A stretch of DNA of 64,000 nucleotides from an uncultured bacterium (GTDB taxonomy: Bacteria > Verrucomicrobiota > Verrucomicrobiia > Verrucomicrobiales > DEV007). Both the position numbers and the translations under genes were made by a program. Under the pieces are notes generated by a model. The model had not been told where the DNA came from, did not search any database, and worked only from the letters and a program-made list of their open reading frames with translations. The stretch is from assembly GCA_963977015.1 (NCBI GenBank), contig CAXBMO010000001.1:352001-416000 (forward strand), given 5' to 3'. Shown piece after piece: positions 10,147-19,480 of this stretch (its first letter is position 1; each line of letters starts with the position of its first letter).

Positions 10147-11067
10147 ATGCCCCTGAAGTTGCTTCGTCCGGTCGTGTTTGCCAGTTTGGCTTTGATTCTT
10201 GGTCTGAATGTCAGTTTGGCTCAGGAAAAAAAGAAGAAAGTGCCTGCGCCGTTCAGTTGGGTGAATCCACTCCCTGAAAGTCGCGCCAAATGGCTCCCTG
10301 CCGGAGTTCGGCACGCGGCCTTCAAAAGTCCCTCGATGGGGATTGAGGTGGGATATTTCATCTACCTGCCACCATCCTACGAAGCGGAACCGGAGACGCG
10401 ATTTCCGGTTGTCTATCACCTCCATGGAGGACGGCCGGGTTCCGAGATGAAAAGCGTCAAGTTGGCGGGTTTCGTTCATGACGCGGTTCAGAAGGAGGAA
10501 ATCCAGCCGACAATATATGTGTTTCCGAATGGCGGGCCAATGAGCTGGTACAATTATCCGAAAACGGAAAATGGCCTTGGTGAGGATGTCTTCGTCAAGG
10601 AACTGATTCCCCATATTGATCAAACTTATCGAACCCGGGGAAATCGCGAAGGACGTGCCTTGCAGGGATATTCTCAGGGCGGTCGTGGAACGACGCGCAT
10701 CATGTTCAAGTATCCGGAACTGTGGAGTTCCGTCGCGCCTGGCGGATCTGGATACGAGCCGGAAAAACGAATTCAGGAGAACGAGGGAAGAGAGAGCGAA
10801 TCGATTCGGTTTCTCCCCATTGGCTACAACGCCTGGGATCTGGCCAAGGTCTATGCCGATAAGGAGAACAAGGTTCCCCTGAAAATTCTCTTCTGGGTCG
10901 GCACCAAAGGCTTCAATTACGAGTTCAATCTCAAATACATGAGCTATATGGATGAGCTGGGGATTCCCTACGAAAAGCTCATTGTTCCTGGAGTCGCCCA
11001 CACCGCAAATGGGATGTATGGGGCGCAGGGACTGGAACTGATGAAGTTTCACGATCGAAACTTCTAG
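10147..11067 (+). CDS. Secreted alpha/beta-hydrolase esterase (CE1/XynZ-like)
   Basis: IYLPPSY, FPVVYHLHGG, ELIPHID, nucleophile motif GYSQG. Confidence 0.88.
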   Translation: MPLKLLRPVVFASLALILGLNVSLAQEKKKKVPAPFSWVNPLPESRAKWLPAGVRHAAFKSPSMGIEVGYFIYLPPSYEAEPETRFPVVYHLHGGRPGSEMKSVKLAGFVHDAVQKEEIQPTIYVFPNGGPMSWYNYPKTENGLGEDVFVKELIPHIDQTYRTRGNREGRALQGYSQGGRGTTRIMFKYPELWSSVAPGGSGYEPEKRIQENEGRESESIRFLPIGYNAWDLAKVYADKENKVPLKILFWVGTKGFNYEFNLKYMSYMDELGIPYEKLIVPGVAHTANGMYGAQGLELMKFHDRNF

Positions 11068-11280
11068 CGCAAGAGTTAGGGAGCGTTTGAAAATGATGAC
11101 GGACGCGCAAGTTGTTCCTCCTTTTTGAAGATTGGCTTCGCATGATCTTGATATGCGGCGCTTTTCCCGGCTGGAAATGCTGTTCGGGGCTTTGTGAGAA
11201 AGCTCATCGCCGCCCCGAGCCATCATTCCCAGTCGACAAAATCACTCGCAGCGCGTCTCGACCTCATTTTCAAACGTCCC

Positions 11281-11580
11281 CTAGGAATCCTCAGTTTCGC
11301 CTTCCCAAGGAATCAGCGAAACCCAGGTTGCTCCCCAACTTCCGCTGGTTTCGTCGCCCTGTTGGAAGCTGATGACCTCGGGTAGACGCTCAAGCAATCG
11401 ATGAACGCCTTCGCGAAGCGTTCCCGTTCCTTTTCCATGAATCACGCGGACGCGGAGCAATCCTCTCTGCCGACACTCTCGAAAGTATTCGGGAAGCAAA
11501 TCTCCAATTTCATTGGGGCGAAAGGTGTGGAGATCAATTTCGGACGTGATGGGAACTTCGACCGGCTCATCTTCGCTCAT
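11281..11580 (-). CDS. Smr/MutS2 C-terminal domain protein
   Basis: IDLH, RVIHGKGTGTLR, GATWV. Confidence 0.9.
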   Translation of the reverse strand: MSEDEPVEVPITSEIDLHTFRPNEIGDLLPEYFRECRQRGLLRVRVIHGKGTGTLREGVHRLLERLPEVISFQQGDETSGSWGATWVSLIPWEGETEDS

Positions 11581-11598
11581 GGGCTCTCTCCAAGTGGA

Positions 11599-13890
11599 TT
11601 ACTTCTTGATTGCCGCGTCAAACCAATCGCCGCCAAAGGCGTTACCACCATTGTTGCGATTCTGGTTCTGCTTGGAGCGATCATTTCGACGAGGTTGCTT
11701 TCTTTCCTGTGACGAGCGTTGTTCGTTGGGTCTCTCGCTTTTCATCGTTAGCGAAATCCGCTTCCGGTCGAGATCGACTTCCAAAACCGTGACTTGCACT
11801 TTTTGATTCACCTTCACCACGTCGGCTGGGTCTTCGACAAACTTATCCGCCAATTGGCTGATGTGAACCAACCCATCCTGGTGCACGCCTATATCTACAA
11901 ATGCGCCAAATTTGGTGACGTTGGTGACGATTCCGGGAAGCCGCATTCCTTCGCGCAGGTCTTCAGGTTTCTCGACCCCCTCGGCAAAAGAAAACACCTC
12001 GAAGGCTTTCCTCGGATCGCGCCCGGGTTTGGCAAGCTCGCTGAAGATGTCGCGCAACGTGGGGAGACCCACGTCCTCGCCCACATATTTCTCAAGCTGG
12101 ATCTGTTTCCGCAGTTCTTCCGCTTTGAGCAGGTCCTCGATCTTGCAGCCCGCGTCTTTGGCCATGGTTTCGACCAATTTGTAGCGCTCCGGATGAACGG
12201 CGCTGGCGTCGAGGGGATTCTTGGCGTCCCGAATTCGGAGGAAACCCGCTGCCTGCTCAAAAGCTTTCTCGCCAAACCGAGGAACCTTCTTCAACTGGCT
12301 TCGTTTCTGGAACGGTCCGTTCTCGTTGCGATAGGCCACAATGTTGTCGGCAATCGCCGAACTGAGACCGGACACATAGGAAAGAAGTTCAGGACTTGCC
12401 GTATTGACCTCCACACCCACGGCGTTGACGCAGCTCATGACGCAGTCGTCCAGGCCTGATTTCAGGAGGTTTTGATCGACATCATGTTGATACTGACCAA
12501 CGCCAATCGATTTCGGATCCAGCTTCACCAACTCAGCGAGGGGATCCATCAGGCGACGGCCAATCGAGGCCGCTCCCCGAACCGTGACGTCGTGGTCCGG
12601 AAATTCGCGACGGGCCACTTCGCTTGCCGAGTAGATCGACGCGCCGCTTTCGTTGACCATGACGATCGCGAGCGAACTCGGAAGTCCCAGTTTCTTGACA
12701 AAGGATTCCGTTTCCCGGCTGGCCGTGCCGTTGCCTATTGCAATAGCTTCGATCTTATATTGTTGGATCAGGTTCTTCAGTTTTGCGGCCGATTCGGCAA
12801 GCTTCTCGGGAGATCCAATTATGTGGATGACGTCGTGGGTAAGCAGCTGTCCCTGCGCATCCAGACAAACCGTCTTGCAACCGGTTCTGAAGCCCGGGTC
12901 CAAAGCGAGGACCCGTTTTTGCCCGAGAGGGGAGGCGAGGAGCAACTCCCTCAAGTTGTCAGCAAAGACGCGAACGGCTTCTTCGTCGGCTTTCTTACGG
13001 CTAATGACCCGCATCTCTGTCTCCATCGAGGGGAAGAGGAGGCGCTTGCAACCATCTTCCGCGGCCAACGCAACTTGATGGCCACAAGAGTCGTTCGCGG
13101 TGACGAAATGGCGTTCGGCGGACCGGAATCCGCGTTCCTGTGGGATCTCGATCTGGACCCGCAAAAAGCCTTCCTTCTCTCCACGGCGAATCGCGAGCAA
13201 CCGATGGGAAGGGATGGACTCCAGCTTTTCACTCCAATCAAAGTAATCGCGGAATTTCGCGGCATCCGCTTCAGTCTCCTTTTTCTTGATGACCTTGGAT
13301 AGAATCGTTCCTTCCTTCTCAAAGATTCGACGGACTTCACTGCGCACGCTGGTTTCGTCACTGACTCGTTCTGCAATGATGTCCCGCGCTCCAGCCAGGG
13401 CCGCCTCAACGTCGGGCACTTCCAATTCAGCATTAATATAGTTGGCCGCTTCCGTCTTGGGTTTGCCGCCTGTGCCCTGCTGATTGAGCAGGAATTCGGC
13501 GAGCGGCTCCAAGCCTCGTTCTTTGGCGATGGTGGCTCGGGTCCGGCGTTTGGGGCGAAACGGCGCGTAGATGTCTTCCAACGCATGAAGGGTATCGGCC
13601 GCGTTCAGGCTTTTGCCCAACTCTTCGGTAAGGAGGTTGCGTTCCTTCAGGGATTTGAGAATCGACTCACGGCGAGACTCCAATTCGCCGAGTTGCAGGA
13701 GTCGGTCCCTGATCTGGGCGATCACCACTTCATCCAGGGAGCCTGTCGCTTCCTTGCGGTAACGAGCCAGAAACGGAACCGTCGCTCCTTCCGAGAGCAG
13801 TTTGATGGTGGTTTGAACCTGCCCGGGGCGGAGATTCAGCTCCTTTGCGATTTGTGCTGAGAAGTCGGTTTTGGGAAATGTTAGGGCCAT
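11599..13890 (-). CDS. tex: Tex-family transcription accessory protein (YqgF + HhH + S1)
   Basis: TVPFLARYRKE, DPGFRTGCK, IGVGQYQHD, C-terminal S1 domain. Confidence 0.96.
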   Translation of the reverse strand: MALTFPKTDFSAQIAKELNLRPGQVQTTIKLLSEGATVPFLARYRKEATGSLDEVVIAQIRDRLLQLGELESRRESILKSLKERNLLTEELGKSLNAADTLHALEDIYAPFRPKRRTRATIAKERGLEPLAEFLLNQQGTGGKPKTEAANYINAELEVPDVEAALAGARDIIAERVSDETSVRSEVRRIFEKEGTILSKVIKKKETEADAAKFRDYFDWSEKLESIPSHRLLAIRRGEKEGFLRVQIEIPQERGFRSAERHFVTANDSCGHQVALAAEDGCKRLLFPSMETEMRVISRKKADEEAVRVFADNLRELLLASPLGQKRVLALDPGFRTGCKTVCLDAQGQLLTHDVIHIIGSPEKLAESAAKLKNLIQQYKIEAIAIGNGTASRETESFVKKLGLPSSLAIVMVNESGASIYSASEVARREFPDHDVTVRGAASIGRRLMDPLAELVKLDPKSIGVGQYQHDVDQNLLKSGLDDCVMSCVNAVGVEVNTASPELLSYVSGLSSAIADNIVAYRNENGPFQKRSQLKKVPRFGEKAFEQAAGFLRIRDAKNPLDASAVHPERYKLVETMAKDAGCKIEDLLKAEELRKQIQLEKYVGEDVGLPTLRDIFSELAKPGRDPRKAFEVFSFAEGVEKPEDLREGMRLPGIVTNVTKFGAFVDIGVHQDGLVHISQLADKFVEDPADVVKVNQKVQVTVLEVDLDRKRISLTMKSERPNEQRSSQERKQPRRNDRSKQNQNRNNGGNAFGGDWFDAAIKK

Positions 13891-13952
13891 GGTCGATCTG
13901 TTACGCAGACTGTGACGAATCGCAAACGGGGAATGCTGGTTGGGGTTTCGCT

Positions 13953-15806
13953 TCAGGGAACGGTGTTGGAGGTTCCCAGCAAGTCATTCACGGCTTTGTT
14001 CGCGACTCGGATGATGTATTTGTTGGGTTGATCCTTGAGCGCAGCCTGCAATTCCGGAAGTGCCGGTTTCGCTGCTTCGTCGAGTTCGTCCAGGGCGATC
14101 GCGGCTTGAAGTCGAGCCCATTCCTGATCGCCGCTCAATTCCCCGGCCAACGCCGGAACGCCGAGTTCCTCAAGTCCCATCCGGCTCAATGCGCGTGCCG
14201 CCGCGATTCTCACACTCGGTGCGGAGTCCTGCAATGCGTGCTTCAGTTGTTGAATCAAGGCCGGTGTCGGTTCAGGCGGAGTGTTGCCGATTCCGGTGGC
14301 GGCCCAGTATCGAATCGCAGCGTCCTCATGATTCAATGCCTCCTGAAATTTGGACGGTTCGGTATCCTTGCTCGCCGCAAGAGTGGCGATCTCCGTGAGT
14401 TCAGCGAGAAATCCGATTCCTCCATCGCGATGCAGAATCTCGTAGCGCGATCCCGCCGCTTTCTCGCGAATCGCGATCTCACTTTCGGGAAGCAATCCGA
14501 GGTCTCCGGTTTCGTTCTGCCATTGCCGCAACGCGGAACGCATCTCCGCAATCTGCTTCTCGTATTGCGGATCGTTGGCAAGGTTGTGGATTTCGTGAGG
14601 ATCTGCCTCGAGGTCGTAGAATTCTTCGGCGGGTTTCGTTTCGGCCGAAAAGAGTTTCCCTGCCTCTGTGAGACCATTGTTTTGTTCCATCTTCCGGATC
14701 TCCCGCATGGTTGCCCCTTTCTCCGGAGTATTCATATATTGATAATACGGCTTCAACGATTCGAAGTTGCGAATATAGCGAAACCGTGGTCCTCGAACCG
14801 CGCGAATGATGTCATAACGTTCGTCCATCCGATCCCGAGCCCCGAAGACGTAGTTTGGTTTCTCCGTGAGGTTTTCACCGAGAAATGCTCGTCCCTGCAT
14901 GTGTTCTGGAATCGAGATCCCGGCCAAGTTCATCACGGTCGGGCCAAAATCGACGGAGCTGACGAGCTGTGCGTCAACGCCGGGGGACTGGTTCGGAATG
15001 CGAACGATCAGTGGAATTCGCGTCCCGGAATCATAAAGCCATCGTTTGGCGCGGGGCATGCCGATTCCGTGATCGGACCAGAAGAAAACGATCGTATTCT
15101 CCAGCAACCCAGCCTCTTTCAACGTCTTTAGGTGATCGCCAGCCCAGGCGTCCATTGCGGTGATGAGTTCATAATTCCGTTTCCAATCTTCACGAACCGT
15201 AGGGGTGTCTGGATAGTAGGGAGGAAGAGTGGTCAAGGCTGCGGGATCCTGGCGTTGGTCCGGCAAAAGATCCTTGGTTACGCTTTGATACTTGGATTTG
15301 CTGGCAATGCCGCTTTCGTGGCATCCCGTAAAGTTGAATACGGCAAAGAAAGGCTGGTCTTCGTTGCGATTCTTCCAATGAGCTTTGGAGCCATTGCTAT
15401 CCCAAATTTCGTTGGTTCCGGGTTTGCCAAACTGATAGTCGGTTTTGCTATTGTTGGTGCAGTAGTAGCCGGCTTCGCGAAGATAGATGGGAAACGGTTT
15501 TACAAAATCCGGAAGGGTGGCGTTGCACCGCATGTGATGGGTGCCGATCGCTGTCTGATACATTCCGGTGATGATCGTCGAACGGCACGGGGCGCAGACT
15601 CCCGCTGCGGTAAAAGCATGGGTAAACCGTGTGCCTTCCGCCGCCAGCGCATCAAGATTTGGCGTGATGGCGTGAGGATCGCCGTAACATCCCAGATGGG
15701 GACTGATGTCTTCGGCTGAAAGCCACAAAATATTGGGGCGATCGGCGCCTTGCACCACAAGGGAAAAAAGAATCGAGAAAGCGAGGGCAACGAGCGGGGT
15801 TTGCAT
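13953..15806 (-). CDS. Sulfatase with C-terminal HEAT-like repeats
   Basis: PNILW, formylglycine motif CAPCR, SDHG, YDLEADPHE, and HEAT-like IRYWAATGIG / VRIAAARALS. Confidence 0.92.
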   Translation of the reverse strand: MQTPLVALAFSILFSLVVQGADRPNILWLSAEDISPHLGCYGDPHAITPNLDALAAEGTRFTHAFTAAGVCAPCRSTIITGMYQTAIGTHHMRCNATLPDFVKPFPIYLREAGYYCTNNSKTDYQFGKPGTNEIWDSNGSKAHWKNRNEDQPFFAVFNFTGCHESGIASKSKYQSVTKDLLPDQRQDPAALTTLPPYYPDTPTVREDWKRNYELITAMDAWAGDHLKTLKEAGLLENTIVFFWSDHGIGMPRAKRWLYDSGTRIPLIVRIPNQSPGVDAQLVSSVDFGPTVMNLAGISIPEHMQGRAFLGENLTEKPNYVFGARDRMDERYDIIRAVRGPRFRYIRNFESLKPYYQYMNTPEKGATMREIRKMEQNNGLTEAGKLFSAETKPAEEFYDLEADPHEIHNLANDPQYEKQIAEMRSALRQWQNETGDLGLLPESEIAIREKAAGSRYEILHRDGGIGFLAELTEIATLAASKDTEPSKFQEALNHEDAAIRYWAATGIGNTPPEPTPALIQQLKHALQDSAPSVRIAAARALSRMGLEELGVPALAGELSGDQEWARLQAAIALDELDEAAKPALPELQAALKDQPNKYIIRVANKAVNDLLGTSNTVP

Positions 15807-15869
15807 GAACTCACCTGACATTGCGCTGAGGAGATTGCAAATCCCGGAATCCTGCTCTAACTCTCAACG

Positions 15870-16805
15870 ATGAACCCCATCTCTCGACTTTCCCGCCGCG
15901 AACTCCTTGGAACTTCCGCTCTTGCTGCCGGCGGAATACTGGGAGCCTCAGCCCAATTGTCCCAGGCTGCGCAGGAAACCCCTGCGTTCAAATACTGTCT
16001 CAACATGTCGACCATCCGCGGCCATGAACTCGACGCTGCGCAGGAGATTGAGGTTGCGGGCAAGGCCGGATACGACGCCATCGAACCCTGGTTTCGCAAA
16101 ATCAATGCCTACGTCGAAGCTGGCGGAACGCTGGCCGACCTGAAGAAACGCCTCGACGATCACGGTCTCACCGTCGAAAGCGCGATTGGTTTTGCTTCCT
16201 GGATTGTTGATGATGAGGAAAAGCGCGCTGCCGGTTTCGAAGAAGCCAAGCGTGATATGGACACCATTGCCCAGCTTGGAGGGAAACGGATCGCGGCGCC
16301 GCCGGCTGGAACACGGGAAGCCGTCGATCTCGATAAGGCCGCCGAACGCTACTTCCAGCTTCTGGAGCTGGGTAAGCAGATGGGAGTGGTTCCCCAGGTG
16401 GAGATGTGGGGGGGGCATCCTGCGATTGGAACGGTCGAGAAAGCGATTTATGTCGCCCTGCGGTCCGGTCACCCCAATGCCTGTTTCCTCGGCGACGTTT
16501 ATCATACCTACAAAGGCGGTTGTAGCTTTGAATCCTTCAAGCTCCTTGGGCCCAATGCGCTCCAAGCCTTCCACATGAACGACTATCCAGCTGATCCGCC
16601 ATGGGAAACCATCAAGGACGCGGATCGGGTTTATCCCGGCGACGGCATTGCTCCGGTGGTTGACCTGTTGCGGACATTTGTCAACATAGGCGCCAGCCCG
16701 GCCCTTTCACTGGAACTGTTCAACAAGAGCTACTGGGCAAAACCGGTTGATGAGGTCGCCAAGACCGGCCTAGAAAAAATGCGGGCCTGTGTCGCCGCAA
16801 TCTGA
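15870..16805 (+). CDS. Sugar-phosphate isomerase/epimerase (xylose-isomerase-like TIM barrel), Tat-exported
   Basis: Twin-arginine SRRELL, DVYH, HMND, DRVYPGDG, SLELF. Confidence 0.88.
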   Translation: MNPISRLSRRELLGTSALAAGGILGASAQLSQAAQETPAFKYCLNMSTIRGHELDAAQEIEVAGKAGYDAIEPWFRKINAYVEAGGTLADLKKRLDDHGLTVESAIGFASWIVDDEEKRAAGFEEAKRDMDTIAQLGGKRIAAPPAGTREAVDLDKAAERYFQLLELGKQMGVVPQVEMWGGHPAIGTVEKAIYVALRSGHPNACFLGDVYHTYKGGCSFESFKLLGPNALQAFHMNDYPADPPWETIKDADRVYPGDGIAPVVDLLRTFVNIGASPALSLELFNKSYWAKPVDEVAKTGLEKMRACVAAI

Positions 16806-16830
16806 ACCGTTCGTAATCCATTGCGTAGTC

Positions 16831-17529
16831 ATGATCATTGAAGAAGAAGAGGCTCCCGAAGCCGAAATCACGTTCACCGAATCCCGGGTTCTGGGCTGTC
16901 TCCTTGAGAAGGAAAAGACGACTCCGGATCACTATCCCATGACGCTGAATGGCCTGCAAAGTGCCTGCAATCAGAAGTCGAGCCGCGAGCCCGTCACGGA
17001 ATTTGATGAGTGCGTCATCGAAAACGCCCTTATGACGCTGCGGGACAAGCATCTCGCCGCCATGGTGCGCCTCTCCGGCTCACGCGTCCCCAAATACAAG
17101 CATACCTTCGAAAATAACTACAACCTGGACGAAGGGCAAATTGCCCTGCTCTGCGTCTTGATGCTTCGAGGGATCCAAACCGCCGGCGAGCTGAATCAAC
17201 GCACCGAGCGCATCCACAACTTCAGCTCCGTCGCCGCCGTCGAGCATACGCTCGAAACCCTGATCGACTATCCGCCCGGAGCGCTTGTGCGGAAACTTCC
17301 GCCCGGTCATGGCCGTCGCGTCACCACTTACGCGCATTTGCTGTGCGGTGAGCCGGAGAATCAACCGATCGCGGTTTCTGCCGGTGGCGGGTCCGTCTCT
17401 ACCGAACAAATCGTCTTGGAAGAAGAAGCCTCCTGGCGCAAAAAGCTGGAAGACGAAGTCGCGGCTCTGCGGACCGAAGTCGCCGAACTCCGCGAAACGC
17501 TGGAGCAGTTCCGGCAACAGTTCGAGTAA
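16831..17529 (+). CDS. YceH / DUF480 family protein
   Basis: RVLGCLLEK..TTPD.YPMTLN..ACNQKSSREP, LMLRG.QT.GEL. Confidence 0.92.
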   Translation: MIIEEEEAPEAEITFTESRVLGCLLEKEKTTPDHYPMTLNGLQSACNQKSSREPVTEFDECVIENALMTLRDKHLAAMVRLSGSRVPKYKHTFENNYNLDEGQIALLCVLMLRGIQTAGELNQRTERIHNFSSVAAVEHTLETLIDYPPGALVRKLPPGHGRRVTTYAHLLCGEPENQPIAVSAGGGSVSTEQIVLEEEASWRKKLEDEVAALRTEVAELRETLEQFRQQFE

Positions 17530-17882
17530 ACGCGAGTCGTGCGACGGATTCCAGCCGCGTTCGAAACTCAGAAGTTTCAATGCCCCTTGGTCGCCTCGTC
17601 TCCCGAGCCCTTCGCGGTAGGGCCGAGTAACTCAGCTCGTAGGACCGTGGCGTCTGCTTCGTAATGCGGTCAACCGGCCCCTTCTACGGGCCGCGAAGTT
17701 GAGCTAACCAAAATCCGCCAAAGTTTCTCTGGAGCGGCGAAATCGCAATCAACGACCAGTGGAGCGTTGGTGCTTCTACGGATTTTGCATGTTTTTGTGA
17801 TATCGCCGAAGAGAGTGCTTGCGTCAGGCTGGGGGGTTCTTACAATTGTGACGATTTTGTTACAATAATAACGTCTAAGCAG

Positions 17883-18089
17883 ATGATGAAGACGGGACGT
17901 CCCTGCCTCATTTACTTCGGTGCCGGAGATGGTCCCGGTTTTCTCCCGCGTCTGCCGGAAGGGGGCGAAGACGCGTTGCGACGCCGAATCGACGTTGTTC
18001 ATCCCCTGCGATCTGACGCAAAAGATCGCGTGGTGCAGGATCCAAACATGCCACTGGGCGCCATCACAGAAGTGCTCAATCAACTATGA
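17883..18089 (+). CDS. Small hypothetical protein (68 aa)
   Basis: ATGA overlap with the next ORF and an upstream promoter-like TTGCGT-16-TACAAT. No recognisable motif. Confidence 0.35.
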   Translation: MMKTGRPCLIYFGAGDGPGFLPRLPEGGEDALRRRIDVVHPLRSDAKDRVVQDPNMPLGAITEVLNQL

Positions 18090-18808
18090 CCATCGAATTC
18101 ATTGGCTTACCAGGTGTCGGGAAATCCTACATCTGCAGGCGCCTCTTTGAAGTTTGCGAACCACCTGGGGGAGCTGAGGCTATTCACGTTGCACCCGCAG
18201 CAGAGGATCAGCGCCGCGTTGCCCATTTGGCTGCCAAGTTGCATCGTGCCACCCTGTTCTTGCTGCGCCATCCGCTGGTGACTGGCAGGATTCTTCATTG
18301 CGTTGGCCGCAGCGCCCAGAAATCTTCCCTCGAAGCGGTGTTCAAGGCGGTCAACCTGTTGTCTGAACTGCAGGCGGTAGACAGAACTCAAGGCGTTTCG
18401 GTAATCGACCAAGGGGTGCTCCAGGCCATTTGGTCCGTGTTGTTGCGCGGGCGCAATTGTCAGGACGAGCGCCGATTCCTGGAGTTGGTCCGCCCTTGGC
18501 TCCCATCCGTCGTGATTTTCGTCGTCGCTGAGCGTGAGGAGAACATTCGGCGGCTTCGGACGCGTCTCAATGGCCAGAGTCGTATTGATGGCCTTCCTGC
18601 CGGAGAGATCGAGGCGGAACTCATTCGGGGAACGAACCTGCTTGAGCAAATTTTTAAAGAGTGGAAGGAGGTTGTCTCAGACGGGCGCGAACTGCGAGTC
18701 GTCAATCAAGGGGACTTCAGTCCGAGCATGGTCGCTTCATTATTGCCTGAATTGCTCTCCCGGGAAGCGACCCTGCATCAGGCGGTGTTTGCGGATAGAC
18801 GCGGCTGA
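18086..18808 (+). CDS. P-loop NTPase, nucleoside/nucleotide-kinase-like
   Basis: N-terminal Walker A IEFIGLPGVGKS, DQGVLQ, lid-like RRLRTR. Confidence 0.7.
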   Translation: MTIEFIGLPGVGKSYICRRLFEVCEPPGGAEAIHVAPAAEDQRRVAHLAAKLHRATLFLLRHPLVTGRILHCVGRSAQKSSLEAVFKAVNLLSELQAVDRTQGVSVIDQGVLQAIWSVLLRGRNCQDERRFLELVRPWLPSVVIFVVAEREENIRRLRTRLNGQSRIDGLPAGEIEAELIRGTNLLEQIFKEWKEVVSDGRELRVVNQGDFSPSMVASLLPELLSREATLHQAVFADRRG

Positions 18809-19480
18809 CGCGCCAGGATGGAGGCCGCGAAAGCGGTTGGTCTTCGCTGCGCTCGGCGATCTGGTTCTCCAATCGCGATTGGCTCGGAAGAGCCCGTCAC
18901 GGAGTTCGATATTGGGCTGATTGAGTTATGGCAGGTGAGGAATCAGTGGGGAGTAACGCGCGTTTCGGGACTCGAACATCGAGCGGCTCGTTCCCTTGCC
19001 TCAAAAGGGGAGTGAGCGGGGCTTTTCGGAAATGCGAATAGTTCTCAAAAATGATTGATCAATCCTGACAAGGCAGCTAGGTGCCCTAACGTTACTCTAA
19101 AATGGCGGCGTTGAAGCTGGTTTCACGCCAATGCTCCGCGTTGAGTTTCAGATCCATACCCAAACCGATTCCGCTTAATTTCCGAGCAACGCCAATGCCT
19201 CTGAATCCGATTTTCACCCCTCTCAACGTGTCTCGCCTCGCATCGAATCCCTCACAATTCTCCTATCGTGGCGGTGTTCGTCGGCTTTGGGATACGACCG
19301 TGAAATTCTCCGCAGCTACCAACTTTTCACTGGCGGCATCTCGAAGCGAGGTCTGGGACGCTTAGTGGAACTTGTCACTTCGCGTTAGGCACGAGGCGGC
19401 TCGAAAGAGTCCGCCGAGATAGATCTACGATGATGCTTCGCGTGGGCATTCGCCGTTTTTTGAACTGATCGCACAACTAC

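Noticed and set aside
13953-16805. Sulfatase and isomerase genes as a polysaccharide utilisation locus
   Set aside because: No glycoside hydrolase, transporter or regulator is adjacent, and scattered sulfatases are normal in PVC genomes.
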